A stretch of 64,000 nt of DNA, from assembly GCF_009914755.1 (NCBI RefSeq), contig NC_060938.1; one strand, written 5' to 3'. The position numbers were made by a program, and so were the translations under genes. Of this stretch, positions 1-17,748 are shown in pieces. The stretch's first letter is position 1; every line of letters begins with the position of its first letter. The notes under the pieces were generated by a model. It searched no databases, had not been told where the DNA came from, and saw nothing but the letters and a program-made list of their open reading frames with translations. This DNA is from the human T2T-CHM13v2.0 reference genome, Homo sapiens.

Positions 1-313
1 GTGCTCCGACCCATGGTGACGATGACACACCCTGGTGGCATGCCCGTGTATGTTGGTTTAGCGTTGTCTGCATTGTTCTAGAGTGAAACAGGTGTCAGGC
101 TGTCACTGTTCACACAAATTTTTAATAAGAAACATTTACCAAGGGAGCATCTTTGGACTCTCTGTTTTTAAAACCTTCTGAACCATGACTTGGAGCCGGC
201 AGAGTAGGCTGTGGCTGTGGACTTCAGCACAACCATCAACATTGCTGTTCAAAGAAATTACAGTTTACGTCCATTCCAAGTTGTAAATGCTAGTCTTTTT
301 TTTTTTTTTTTCC

Positions 314-319
314 AATAAA
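314..319 (+). terminator. proximal polyadenylation signal
   Basis: AATAAA after a T-tract, TGTA at 282-285, GT-rich gtggtgttaaatgctttgt about 20-35 nt downstream. Confidence 0.7.
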
Positions 320-2321
320 AAGACCATTAACTTAAAGTGGTGTTAAATGCTTTGTAAAGCTGAGATCTAAATGGGGACAAGGCAGGTGGAGGGGAGGCCA
401 GTGTACATGTAAATGCCCACAGCCCAGCATTGGGTTTCCCTCCCAAGGCCCCAGCACCAACCTCTGAGCCCAAGACCTTGCCTGAAAACAAGCAGATACC
501 GATTGCTTCATCCTATTTATGGACATGTAGGTCTAGTTGCATTTTCACTGGGGGGAGGGGGGAAGGTGAATTATGGTAACTTTTAATGATCTATTCAGGC
601 AGTAGAGCTCTTAAGGAAAAAAAAAACCCACTTTCTCTCAAGCATGTATTTAGGGGTTGTTCTCAATTGTGCTGCTGATTACCTGTCTTATGTAACTACT
701 TGAGACCATCTGCAAGAGACATGATTTAGTGTGTCTGTAATTCAATCTTCGCTGTGTGTGGTAGAAGCAGTAGTCACTTTTGTAAGCCAGTCTCTTCATG
801 CCTAAAAGACACTACCAGTCACCTTTGATTCGCGACTTTTAATTTATGATTATACTTAGCCTCCTCCTCCTTTTTTTTTTTTTCCCAAGTTGACTTGACT
901 TTGCTTTTTTCCCCCCAAGTAGAACTAATGCTAGCTTCCAGCTTGAAAGTAAAACTCCAGTGTGGAGTGAATTTTGTGTCTAATTATAAACCTGTAACCA
1001 AAACTCAGACATCTGGTACTGGTCTTTGCATTGAGATTGGTCCCTGTAAAACCCCCTTTAAAAGCATATTGCATTTAGTACAGAGCTCTTTTTTGAAATG
1101 AAGGCTGGAGATGTGCATTTTTCACGGTGTTAACTGGTTGTATCTTATTAGCAAGGAGATTGGGGTTTTGAGTGTTTGCGTGGGTGGTTTCAATTTGCCA
1201 GGGAACAGTGGCAGGCTGCTAGCAAGGCAGTGAGAAGCTCTTGGCAGCCAAATGGGTGCATTCAGGGCTGATTTATAGAGACCCTTGGCTTCTCCTTCTC
1301 CTACTCCCTGTCTTTCTGGCATTTTGTAGCTTGTTAGATTTTCTGCCAGAGGGGTGGGTCAGAGCAGTGGAGGGGAGACATCGCCCATGTGCTTCTGCTA
1401 CTGGTCCTTGGGCTGGGTGGTTGGTAGAGGAGATGTTGACACTATGAGCTAAGGGTTGGCTTTTGTAATTACCTGAATCTGAAAGGAATGCCTAAGGTTA
1501 CCTTGGGGTTTCTCTTCTGGTGAGATAGGGTTCCTGGTTTGAGTAAGTTAATGTCCTGGATATTTCTTGTGGCAGGGGGTGGTCAAAGAGCCTGATTGCT
1601 GACCCAGTCTCAGGCCTGTGGTCGATGACCTCTCGGTAGTTTCAAAGGGGGCTGGAGGGGGATATTTGACTTGTTTTTTCGAAATGTAGCCTTCTAACCC
1701 TCAAGTCTTTAGAAGCTGGGTGGACTCTTAGTGGTCCTGCAGCGTATCCTAAAAGACTACCTTTGAAACAGGATTCTTGTATGGCCAGGATCGTGTCTGG
1801 GAACCAGAAACCCTACACCCTCCCCCTCCAGGGAATGCTGAGTTCCAGTTTTGAGCAGAGGTGAGGCAGAATCCACTGTAGCCTTCCGCCCTGGTATTTG
1901 GGGGGATGACCAGCCCAGGCGTTGGGTGTTAGTCTGCATGAGTTTGTGAGAGGAAATAGCTGGGTGTCCTGGCAGTGCCCTTGAAGTTGGTTAGGACCTT
2001 CCTGTAAACTCTTGCCCCTACTTCTAACTACTCTATAAATATATACATATATTTATATATAAAGTGATTAGTTGAACTGGCATCCTGCTTTAGCCTGAGA
2101 CTTGCCATAAGAAACTGCTGAGTACTTGGCAAACCCTTTCATAGTTTTGTTCTCCATCTGTTTGGGGTAGGTGTTGAGCGAGGCAAATGGATCTCGATAT
2201 TTCAGATGGGCTTTTGATGCACTGTTGCCAAGGAAGGCTTTTTCTGATTTTTTGACAAATGAATTTTTGCACACTTTCATTGGTGTCTTTCGGCAACTTA
2301 CACACATTGAAAATGAGCTAT

Positions 2322-2329
2322 TGTACATA
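2322..2329 (+). promoter_or_regulatory. Pumilio response element (UGUANAUA)
   Basis: TGTACATA in the putative 3' UTR; a second one, TGTAAATA, at 2925-2932. Confidence 0.5.
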
Positions 2330-2962
2330 TTTTTATATTCTCTTTATAAATGCATGTCTGATTGTACTTGTAACAATATTGTAATGAACGGCTGTGCAGT
2401 AGGCCCAGCGCTGCTGTGTCTCGTCAGAGGAATAGCTTACCACGAACCCCTCAGCATACTGGGAATCTCTTCCTGAACAACGAATGTAAATTTGGTCAAG
2501 TCTACTCTTCCGTTCATTCAATTATTTTAAGCATTTGAATTATTTATTGTATATCCTAAATATATTTCTCCTTTGGCAGTGACTAGATTTCCACTAATGT
2601 GTCTTAATCTATCCCTCCAGCTGGCAGTTACTGTTTTTTTAATCCCCTGAAGTTGTCCTGTAGGAGACAGAAATTCTTTGCTGTCTGTATCCCTTGGAGT
2701 AAGAAGGTAGTGGCATGGGTGGAGTGTGTGTTCTTTCTCCAAATCTATTATGATGTTTATTAAACACTTCTGTAGCAAAGATGGTGGTAGTTCTTTTGTT
2801 ACTGAAGTTGCCCTTCACCATGGCTATTTGAAAAGGAGATGTACTTGGACGTTTCTGTAAATCTTGAGATAAACTGTTTGGAGATTTAACCACCTCTCTG
2901 ATGGGGGACCAACTCTATGGAAATTGTAAATACGTTTTATTTATAAACCTGGCACTGTATTC

Positions 2963-2968
2963 AATAAA
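2963..2968 (+). terminator. distal polyadenylation signal
   Basis: AATAAA with TGTA at 2925 and 2956, GT-rich ctgtgtaggtttct at 3001-3014; marks the end of the UTR-like block. Confidence 0.8.
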
Positions 2969-4479
2969 CATTTCTGCAGCCTTTCATCTCTAACTGCGAA
3001 CTGTGTAGGTTTCTAGCTTGCATAGCTTTCAATTCCTTTTGCTCTCAACAAGATAGACCTGCCCTCAGATGTAATTTCACTGGGTCTCTAGTACTGTGAG
3101 AGTGAGGGGCCAGAAATAACCGTAGACACATCCCACAACCGTCTTACCCTAGTTTTAAGTAGTTTGAGTGTTAATAGCTGACATTTTAACCTATTCTCTT
3201 AGCCTATTAACTTGTCCATGCTTGCTTTTTATGCGGAAAATTTACACCATAAGGATTAGTTTCCTTTTAACCCCAATCCAAGCCTCTTTAGGACTTGTAT
3301 AAAGAAATACATTTTTTTCAATAAGATGGGAATTTTAGATGACAACCAAGATGATACCTTGGTTCATGTCAAGAGCGGGACAGCTGAGGAAAGTGGGGTG
3401 GGATGCAAGTACAATTTAGGACCTTGGCATTGAAGCCTTCCCCTTAGTCAACACTGGCCCAGACCCTGGTTCTTAGATGTAGCAGGAGAGGCTGCCTGCT
3501 TCTGCCCCCTTTGCTTCCAGAAAGGCCTTTTCCAGCTGCCTCGTGTGTTTCCCACTCTGCCCAGAAGGAGTGAGAGGGCTGAAAAGCGGGGCGGGATAAG
3601 GCCCTGCTTTCGACAGAAGGCTTGAGACACATCTCCAGAAAGCATTTAAAGAGCCCCTCCTGCACATAGGAGCTGGGACTATAAGGACATGGTCATCACC
3701 GTGGAGACGGCCCTCTGCTCTGAGGCTTTAGACCTGGCTTCTGGATTTGGTTCTGTCCCTCCAGCCTCAGGCAGGTTCTTTACCTTTCCCAGGCCTTGGT
3801 ATCCTCCTTGGTAAGATCATATTGGACTTGGTACCTTCTGCCTGTGGCTTTCTAGGATTATGACCGACCTGGTTTGGCATCACTTTGTGTTTAGATAGAT
3901 GAAATTGCAGCCTAAAGGATGGGAGGCAAAATTGTGTAGGAGTGCTGTGTCCTTTGAGATGACAAATGGGATTTAAAAATTCTCACCAGCTTCATGTTGG
4001 AGGTGGAGTGGAGGTTAAGCTTGCTATTAAGACGTGATGTAATATTGGAACCTGGGTCAGAGAAACTGATTGTTAAGTGACTTCCATTCTCCCAGGACGG
4101 AAATAGGAGGCTACCACTGGGCCTGTAAGGGATTCAGTCCAAGTGACATCATCTGGTTTTCAGCAGCTCCGGTTTAGAAAAACACACACACATTTCCGAT
4201 TCAAGCTGAACTTTCCCGGGCACTGGGGGGCTGGAGCACCCAATGACTCAGGATGCCTTAGAAGGAAATAAAACATAAAGCTTTTTATAGCTTGGTGCTT
4301 CTCTCCCACTGCCCTCAACTCTCTGCCAAGGAGTGGGAGGAGTTAGCTCATGGACCAGAACTCCCATTAAAGCCCCTGAACTCTGATTAAATCAAGTGGC
4401 AGTTTTCCTCATGAGAATTATGTTCTTTGTGTCAGGAACCTTAGGAATGAGTGTGAATTGACACATTCAGATTGTGGGG

Positions 4480-5087
<608 letters not shown>

Positions 5088-5577
5088 CCAGATAGTCTTT
5101 TCAATATCATATCTTAGTTTTATTTTCAGTTTTACAAAGGCTAAAAGGAAAATCCAGAGTTTCCTCTAGCAATATAATTATTTGAACATTTTGTTACAAC
5201 ATGATCTTTAGATCCTGGCTGTATGTAAGCATGTTTGCTTTTAAACTGATTTTTCATTTTGAGTCTTTGTATACCCTTCAAGTTGTGATTTTTTTTAAGT
5301 TACTGCATTTTTTAGCAAAAGATAGATTTTTTCCTGCATAGACATATCAGAATCAAGATTTGAGATAGATTGTTTTAAAAATGGAAAATAAGTAAAAAAG
5401 TAATTATAAAATCATATCTTAGTTAAAAGGAACAGGTCATATAGGTAAAACTTCCTCTGAGTGCAGGTATCCATATCTGGTGATTCTCAAACTTGGAATA
5501 CTTCTAACACTGGACATCTAATCCTGTTTCCACAAGGCAGAACTTGGGCTTTCTCCCTTTCAATGACAAGAAGTTAA

Positions 5578-5894
<317 letters not shown>

Positions 5895-6195
5895 AACCCA
5901 TTCCCATTTTTACAAAAGCATTTTTCTGAATTTAATAGAAATGCTGTTGATTATTTAAAATTTGTGATGTCAAATGACCCATAACCTATAAACTATAGCT
6001 GAGACTCTGTATTTCCTTTTGGAATTTTTTTCTCACCATATGGATGCAGAGATAGGGTTTACAACATGGGGTCCCACTGTATGTGTAAGTTTTTTTTTTA
6101 ATAAGCATACTATTCTTTAGTATGTACAATTACATGTTGTATATATACGAATATATTACAATCTTCTTACTCCTTATAACTTTTTCTCCTCACGA

Positions 6196-6452
6196 TATAA
6201 CTTATGTACCATAAAATTCACCTTTTAAAAATACACAATTTGGTGGTTTTTAGTATATTGACAGGGTTGTACAACCATCACCACTATATAATTTTAGAAC
6301 ACTTTCATCACCCTGAAAAACCCTGTACCCATTGGCAGTGATTCCCATCTTCCTTTCTGCCTCCTTCCCCCCATCCCCTAATCCCCGGAAACTACTATAT
6401 TTTCTGTCTCCATGGATATGCCTATTCTAGACCCATATAAGTGAAATCATGT
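6196..6452 (-). mobile_element. old L1 (L1M) 3' end fragment
   Basis: Resembles reverse L1MB-type 3' UTR (ccataaaattcacc...caaccatcaccact...cctattctagac). Confidence 0.75.
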
Positions 6453-6467
6453 ATTCATACTTTTTAA

Positions 6468-6833
<366 letters not shown>

Positions 6834-6974
6834 TGAATATAATTTTTAAGATCTGGCTGTATTAATACAGCATCATTTAGCTAACCAATACCCTAATAAA
6901 GGCCATTTGGCACATTCCCATTATTCTTTTCTTATTTCTCCAAGAAACATTCCATTTTAAGCTGCTTTAACTGT

Positions 6975-7140
6975 GAGCACATTCTTACTAGGCTGGAATC
7001 TGCTTCCTTTTAACCCCACCCATTGGTGCTATTGCAGCTTGTGGAGCTAACTCTGGACATCTAATCCTGTTTCCACAAGGCAGACCTTGGTCTTCCTCAC
7101 TGTCATGGACCCCTCCCGACTTGTCAGGCTTAACATTTTG
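6975..7140. mobile_element. possible L3/CR1 LINE fragment
   Basis: aatctgcttcc...ccacccattggt...tctaatcc...ttccaca resembles the CR1/L3 consensus as I recall it; highly diverged. Confidence 0.4.
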
Positions 7141-7145
7141 CTCCT

Positions 7146-7531
<386 letters not shown>

Positions 7532-7610
7532 TAAAACCACTCTTTGAGAGAAATCAACAAGATGTAGTGAAATTTACCCAGGCTGTGTATTCAAACATCT
7601 GTGTTCAAAT

Positions 7611-7780
7611 CCTGGAATTACTGGCATGTGCCACCACACCCAGCTAATTTTTGTATTTTTAGTAGAGATGGGGTTTTGCCATGTTGGCCGGGCTGGTCTC
7701 GAACTCCTGGCCTCAAGTGATCTGCCTGCCTCTGCCTTCCAAAGTGTTGGGATTACAGGTATGAGCCACCATGCCTGGCC
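7611..7780 (-). mobile_element. partial Alu (left arm plus linker)
   Basis: Reverse Alu left monomer sequence. Confidence 0.9.
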
Positions 7781-7859
7781 TACAACATATACCAACTTTA
7801 ATATGTAAGAACTGATGCAGGCATAGCATGAAAATGCATCAAGTAAGAATTAACAATGG

Positions 7860-9823
<1,964 letters not shown>

Positions 9824-10049
9824 GTCAAGAAAGTGATGAGAACATTACAGAAACCTAATGTTATCCTGGAACCTGCTTATATTGCAGGCGATGTTTCATG
9901 TATCATTGATTATTTTCTCCTATTATTGCATTCACTCATATGCTGTTTAATTATTATAGCTTTAAAATAAAATCTAATTTCTGGTGTTTCAAGTGAAAAA
10001 AAGATTATTAGACAAACTTCAGGGAGTGCTGATTTTTTAAAAAATGGTT

Positions 10050-10121
10050 CTTTTTGTTTGTTTGTTTTAGAGACAGGGTCTTGTTCTGTCATCCAGGCTG
10101 GAGTGCAGTAGTGCAATCATA
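10050..10121 (-). mobile_element. Alu 3' fragment
   Basis: gagacagggtcttgttctgtcatccaggctggagtgcag. Confidence 0.8.
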
Positions 10122-10165
10122 AACCAGAGATTTTTTTTTTAAGTGTATTATTAAAAAGTTGATGT

Positions 10166-10313
10166 GGCCAAGTGCAGTGGCTCATGCCTGTAATCCCAGC
10201 ACGATGGGATGCTGATGTGGGAGAATAGCTTGAGGCCAGGAGTTTGAGACTAGCCTGGGCAATATAGCTACACCCCCTCTGTGTAAAAAAAAAAATAAGA
10301 AAAGAAAAGAAAA
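10166..10313 (+). mobile_element. FLAM / Alu monomer
   Basis: Single Alu left-arm monomer with A tail. Confidence 0.85.
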
Positions 10314-10513
10314 GATTGATGCTAGTAAATATGAAGATGCATAAAATGGACAATTTCCTAAATTTCCTAGAAAATGGACTCAAGTAGAAATCGAAAATTT
10401 AAAATAAACTGTTCAAGAAATTGAAGCAGTAGTTTAAAGTATATGTATTTGTGATGGATGCTTATAAAATGATGTTACTTTCCCACTGAATGAGGGAAAT
10501 CTTTGTCCCATAA

Positions 10514-10824
10514 TTTTTTTTTTTTTTTTTTTTTGATATGGAGTCTCACTGTGTCGCCCAGGCTGGAGTGCAGTGGCGCGATCTTGGCTTACCGCAACCT
10601 CCGCCTCCCAGGTTAACCAATTCTCCCACCTCAGCCTCCCAAGTAGCTGGGATTACAGGCGCGTGCTAACACACCCAGCTATTTTTTTTTTTTTTTGTAT
10701 TTTTAGTAGAGACAGGGTTTTGCCATGTTGCCCAGACTGGTCTTGAATGCCTGGCCTCAAGTGATCCACCCACCTTGGCCTCCCAAAGGGCTGGGATTAT
10801 AAGCATGAGCCACTGCACCTGGCC
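10514..10824 (-). mobile_element. Alu
   Basis: Full reverse Alu. Confidence 0.95.
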
Positions 10825-10834
10825 AACTGGGCCA

Positions 10835-11077
10835 TTCTTTCTGCCATCCCCATCCAGGTGCCAGACATGTAAGCGAGGCCATTTTGGATCCTCTAGACGA
10901 GGTCATTCACCAGCTGAATAACACCAGGTAGCCTCAGTTGACCTACACAGAGTGGAAGAACCATCCAGCTGAACTCTGCTTGAATTCTTCACCCACAAAA
11001 TCACGAGATAAAATAAAATAGTGGTTGTTTTAAGCTCCATACCATATGGAGTCCTCTGTTTTGAACTAATAGATAAA
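10835..11077 (+). mobile_element. MLT1 (ERVL-MaLR) LTR 3' fragment
   Basis: ccagacatgtaagcgaggccattttgg...acccacaaaatcacgaga...ggttgttttaagc, MLT1-type. Confidence 0.65.
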
Positions 11078-11648
11078 GCACTACTGAAAACAAAACAATT
11101 ATCCCAGAGAATTTAAAAAAAATCACACTGTGACTTTTTACCTATTCTTGATAAATTCTTCCAGAAAAATAGAATTTAAAAAAAAGAGCTTATATTAAGA
11201 CCAATTACCACACAAGAACAGAAGAAGGAAAAAAAATTACAGGCTGGTCTTATGTACATAGATGCAAAAATATACAAATCTAAATATTAAACTTAATTTA
11301 GCAGTGCATTAAATAAAACATATCATGACCATGTTGGTTTTCACCCAACCATTCAACGCTTATTTCAGTGGAAGAATTGAGTCCCATGAGGGGAAGAACA
11401 GGCTAACAACCAAGCCCATGGAAGGGCAGATGTCCTGTGGCTTCTTCAGCTTTTCTGGAACTGAGGACTCCCACTCCTCCATCAAGACTCTGTCTCTCTT
11501 GTCTCGTGCCTTGCCTTCCTTCCCATTTCCTGCAGTCTGGCTTTTCCCTACAGCAGGAAACGTGGCCAGCACGATTTCTAAGCTTTACATCCTACAGCTT
11601 TAGCCAGGCAGAGATAATCTGGCTCAGTTCCAGTTGCAACACTTGTCA

Positions 11649-11780
11649 TTTTTATTATTTTTTTAGAGATGAGGTCTCACTGTGTTGCTCTGGCTGGCCT
11701 CAAACTCCTGGGTTCAAGCACTCCTCCCACCTCAGCATCCCTAATAGCTGGGACTACAGGCGCACGCCCCCACACCTAGT
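11649..11780 (-). mobile_element. Alu monomer (FLAM/FRAM)
   Basis: Reverse Alu monomer. Confidence 0.8.
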
Positions 11781-12094
11781 TCCAGTTTCATTTTTGAGAA
11801 AGGATTCTGGTACAATTTAGCTAAGCTGCCCACCCTTGGACCAATCAACTGTAACAGGAATTGGAGTCTAGAGAAAGGACTGTGTATCAGTTTTCCTCAC
11901 GGGTTTGGGGGAGGTGGGGAGGTCAGCAAGTTGATGGCAGGGTTCGGTCCTGGAGGAATGGTCCTGGCTGGAGAGTCAAGGCAGAACCCAAGAGGCTTTA
12001 ATGTAATGTTGTTCTGATTGTATTCTTATAGAGTCTAGCATATAGCAAAATTTAATACATTATAGCTTTTTTATTTTAAAATATTACAGTATAA

Positions 12095-12417
<323 letters not shown>

Positions 12418-12420
12418 CAT

Positions 12421-12573
12421 TGTTTTTATTTATTTGTTTGTTTATTTATTTTTTATAGAGGAGGGATCTCACTATGTTGCCCAGACTGGTCTCGAACTCC
12501 CGGGCTAAAGTGATCCTCCTGCCTCTGCCTCCCAAAATGCTGGGATTACAGGCGTGAGCCACTGTGCCCAGCC
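12421..12573 (-). mobile_element. FLAM / Alu monomer
   Basis: Reverse Alu left monomer. Confidence 0.85.
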
Positions 12574-12584
12574 TCTCCCTTGTT

Positions 12585-13032
12585 TTTTTAAAAACTGTGA
12601 CGAAATTCATATAAGATAAAATTAACCATTTTAAAGCGTACAATGCAATGGCATTTAGTACATTCAAAGTGCTGTACGACCACCACCTCTATCTAGTTCC
12701 AAAACATTTGCATCACCCAAAAGAAACCCCTGTGCTCATTACCGCTCGCTCCCCATTCCCCCTTCCTCCCAGCCCCTGGCAACCACCAATTTGTGTTCTG
12801 CCTCTATGGAATTACCTACTCGGAAAATTTCATATAAATGGAATCATACCATATGTGGTTTTTGTCTGGCTTTTTTCACTTAGCATGGTGTTTTCAAGGT
12901 TTATCCACATTGTAGCAGGTATCAGGATTTTGTTCCTCTTTATGGCTGAATAATATTCCACTGTCTGGACATACCACATTTTGTTTACCCATTCATCAGT
13001 TGACGGACATTTGGGTTGCTCCCATCTTTTGG
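12585..13032 (-). mobile_element. 5'-truncated L1MB-type 3' end
   Basis: Reverse L1 3' UTR and ORF2 C-terminus (ORF 12830-13063 reads KRWEQPKCPSTDEWVNKMWY...EYYSAIKRN, L1 ORF2p-like); flanked by TCTCCCTTGTTTT. Confidence 0.9.
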
Positions 13033-13804
13033 TCTCCCTTGTTTTGGTCAGTGATACATGCATCTTAGCAGGTTTTCAGTGACCTAAGAAAATGCTGGCC
13101 CAGTGTGTGTGATGCTGCATATCACAAGTGAGAAGATAGCTTGTGCCCCACAGTCCCTGTGCCCATTTTGCTGCCTGTGGGGACAATGCTAAGAACCCAG
13201 TCACTGAGTCACTGATATCTGGGTTTGAGCCCTGGCTCTGCCACTTAGGCTCGCAGGACCTCACCTACTGAATGAATGAGTTGGGAGGCTCCATAGATGT
13301 CAGAAACCTTTGCAAGCTGGGAAGCTGAGCTGAGGTGCAGCTGCTGTTCATCCCCAGGCTGATTCAGAGTATAAAACCCCAGGCTTAGTGCAATCCAGGA
13401 TGTTTGGGTTCAAACCTCAGCTCCTCTCTTTACTAGCTGAGTGATTTCGGCAGGTTGTCAGCTTCTCTGAGCTACTTTTCCTACCTGGGCCCCTGAGCCC
13501 TGCTGGGCAGGGAACCCCTTTCTCCTGCCTCCAAACTTCAGACTCCTTCCTCTGAAACCATGGAAGGGGACACCTTTTATTAAACTGCTGTGGTGAGATG
13601 AGTGACAGGCTCTCTAGTGAAGCTGGCCTGTATGAGCTTGAAGATGCAAACCTTCACATGGACATACACACATGTACATAGTCACAGGGCAATTGTCAAG
13701 ATGTGTAACAACAGGGAGGGTCCCCTGTTCTTTCCACCAACCAGAACACTCTCTTGCTTTTGCTGGTGCAGGGTTGAGAGTTAACCCTTCAATTGGAGGC
13801 TCAT

Positions 13805-13861
13805 GGGGGAGGTCCCAGGGGTCCAGGGAGGGAGCTGGGGCAGCAGGGGGCCCTCAGGGGG
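13805..13861 (+). other. G-quadruplex-forming motif
   Basis: Seven runs of >=3 G, most loops <=7 nt. Confidence 0.55.
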
Positions 13862-14415
13862 TGTTGAGGCCGGTGGCTTTTACCAGCAGGTAAGGAAGCT
13901 TTAGAATATTTTAAGGCTGTTATGGCCACGATGGTATGTATCAGACGAATGCCAGCATCGCACACCTGTGAACCCTTTCCCATGGATAGGCCCATACAAG
14001 GGCATGCGCCTTCCCACACGCACACACACACACATCCTGCCACACATCAGACTTCCTAGCTTCCTGCAGTTAGTTTTCCTCGAATGAGCCAAAGCTGGGC
14101 TGACTCAGGTGGCAAACTGCCAGGATGCTGATATTTCCCTCGGCTCTGGCCTGAGAAGCTTCAGGGAAAAACCCACTCACATCCTGAATCCTCACCTGCT
14201 CCAGGCGGGCCTGCAGGCCTCCTGGCCCGGGCGCCGGCGGCAAGAGCCTCAGTGACATCCTGCTCTTCCTGAATGCCAAGCATATTGGCAGGGAGAAAAC
14301 CCTGCCACACCCAGGGTTTCTCCAGAGTCCTCCCAAGGAAGAGGTAGAATGAGGCTGGTTTTCTTAATGTTTGGAGCTGGAAAGTTATGCTGAGATAACT
14401 GGTCTAGGCTCCCAC

Positions 14416-14550
14416 TTTTTTTTTTTTTTTTGGTAGAGACAGTGTCCAGCTATGTTGCCATGGCTGGTCTTGAACTCCTGGCCTCAGGTGATCCTCCCAC
14501 TTGGCCTCTCGAAGTTCTGGGATGACAGGCATGAGCCACCACACCCAGCC
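14416..14550 (-). mobile_element. FLAM / Alu monomer
   Basis: Reverse monomer; TSD aggctcccactt. Confidence 0.85.
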
Positions 14551-14766
14551 CCAGGCTCCCACTTAATAGGTGAAGAATTTGGTCCCAAACAGAGACAGAG
14601 AACCAACCAAAGTCCCACTTGCAGAGGGTGGTAAGCCCAGGACTGAACCCCGGCCTCCCGATGCCCCAGCCAGCACCTTCCACCCAGCAAGCCACAAATG
14701 ACTGGATTCCCCCATTCGGTGTTCTGATTGCCTCCTGGGCAGTCCCCCATGGACACAATGGCCTAA

Positions 14767-15519
<753 letters not shown>

Positions 15520-16654
15520 GTGATGCATTTTAATTAATTTCCTCTCCTGGGTATTCGGGAGGCCTTCACCTGGTCAAAATCCATAGGCTCGGGATACCTC
15601 CCAAGAAGCGATTCTGATAAGTAGGGGCCTGTGGGATCTTCCATGCCCACACGGGCAGCAGCTGTATGCGCGTGGGCATGCCACATTGTGCGTTAGTTCC
15701 TTCGTTTGGTTATTCGACCCCATGCACCTTCCTTCCCAGGGCTATTACCTGTGGTTTTCTCCCTGTCCACTGCACAGCTCCATGCATTGTCCCCCAGACA
15801 CACTCTGCCAGACCCCTGCTGGGCCTCTGCTCCAGATGCACCTTCAACCTGGGGTGCCTCCCTTCAGAATCAGCCAAGTTGCTGTTACAGACACAGAATT
15901 CCAGCCCCTGCCCCAGAGAGTCCCACTTGGTAAGTCCAAGGTTCACAGACAACACTGGTCCTTCCAGGCCCAGGTTCACTGTCATGTCCTCCAAGGAGCC
16001 AATCTCCCTCTTCAAACACTGCGATTGATGGACTCTCCCTGAAAAGGCATGGGTTACAGATGCTGTCTCAGCTCGACTGCTGACAGCTGGGGAGGTGTGT
16101 GTCCCCTCCCCACCACGGCGGGGGACTGCGACCTACTGAGGGGTGACAAAGCCTCAGAGGTCATCCCATCTACTCAAGCATTGTTCAGCACCTGCTCTGG
16201 GGATTCGTGGCATATCATCAGTCACTTTTCTCTGCGCTGCTGTGTCCTAGCATGGGGCCTGGCCTTGAGCAGATGAGGCCTGCATGAAACAGAGGGGCCT
16301 CCAGGCTGAATGCCTGAGAGCCCCTGACCCTAGGGCTGATGGATCCATGTGACAATCACTTTCATTTAGCAGAGAGTCCCCCCAGGAGCCTACAGCATGG
16401 AGGGGATATAGCTCAGTTGACAGTGATCATTTTCAAAGGTCAGTGTTGTCACAGTGGTGGGGACAAAACTCCTGGGAACAGAGGGAGGAGTACACAGGTG
16501 GACAGATGGACCAAGCCTTTGTCCCTGGGCTGCCAGGAGGTGTGCCGAGGTCTGCGGCACTCAGCCCTGAGTTCTGGGCCAAGGTCAAATATCCCAGGCC
16601 TCCCTCTGGCCTCTACCCCCTGCCCCAGCCTTTCTCCCTCCCTGGGACTTGGCA

Positions 16655-16951
16655 TTTATTTATTTATTTATTTAGACAGAGTCTCACTCTGTTACCCAGG
16701 CTGGCTCAATCTCAGCTCCCTGCAACTTCTGCCTCCCGGGTTCAAGTGATTCTCATGCCTCAGCCTCCCGAGTAGCTAGAATTACAGGCACAGGCTACCA
16801 CTCCCGGCTAATTTTTGTATTTTTTTTTTTCAGTAGAGATGGGGTTCCATCATGTTGGCCAGGCTGATCTTGAACTCCTGACCTCAGATAATTCACCCAC
16901 CTCGGCCTCCTGAAGTGCTGGGATTACAGTTGTGGGCCACCACACCTGGCC
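16655..16951 (-). mobile_element. Alu
   Basis: Reverse Alu with small internal deletion; TSD ctgggacttggc. Confidence 0.93.
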
Positions 16952-17255
16952 ACTGGGACTTGGCCTTCGAAAGCTTCCCCTTGAGCGAAGACAGAATATT
17001 CGTCCCCACCCTCTGCCCATCCTCTGGTGCAAACACAGTGTCTGAGCACGGAAGCCGTCTCTTCTCTACTAAGCGTCCTTCAGTGGCTCCCATTTTCATT
17101 CCTTCCTTTGAGAGCCCATGTGTCTTGGCCCCTGGCCTCCTTTGTGGCCTCTCTCCTACCCCTCTACCTGTCACACACTCTGCCTTGTTGCTTCTTGTGC
17201 TCACCAAATGTGCTCTTGCCTCAGGGCCTTTGCCCTTGTTGTTCCTTCGGTCTAG

Positions 17256-17748
<493 letters not shown>

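Larger units (their letters stand above)
1..2992 (+). other. 3' portion of a long 3' UTR / terminal exon of an unidentified upstream gene
   Basis: About 3 kb with no interspersed repeats in an otherwise repeat-dense window; U-rich tracts; AATAAA at 314 and 2963 with upstream TGTA and downstream GT-rich sequence; Pumilio elements; no credible ORF. Confidence 0.8.

Noticed and set aside
2034-2057. 11-bp perfect inverted repeat TATAAATATAT/ATATATTTATA
   Set aside because: Low-complexity AT sequence; expected by chance
1-2992. Assigning a gene symbol to the 3' UTR
   Set aside because: No coding sequence in the window and I do not recognise the UTR with confidence; a BLAT search would settle it
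16402-16419. GGGGATATAGCTCAGTTG resembling a tRNA-Ala 5' end / A box
   Set aside because: No anticodon arm, T-loop (GTTCRA) or acceptor stem partner follows
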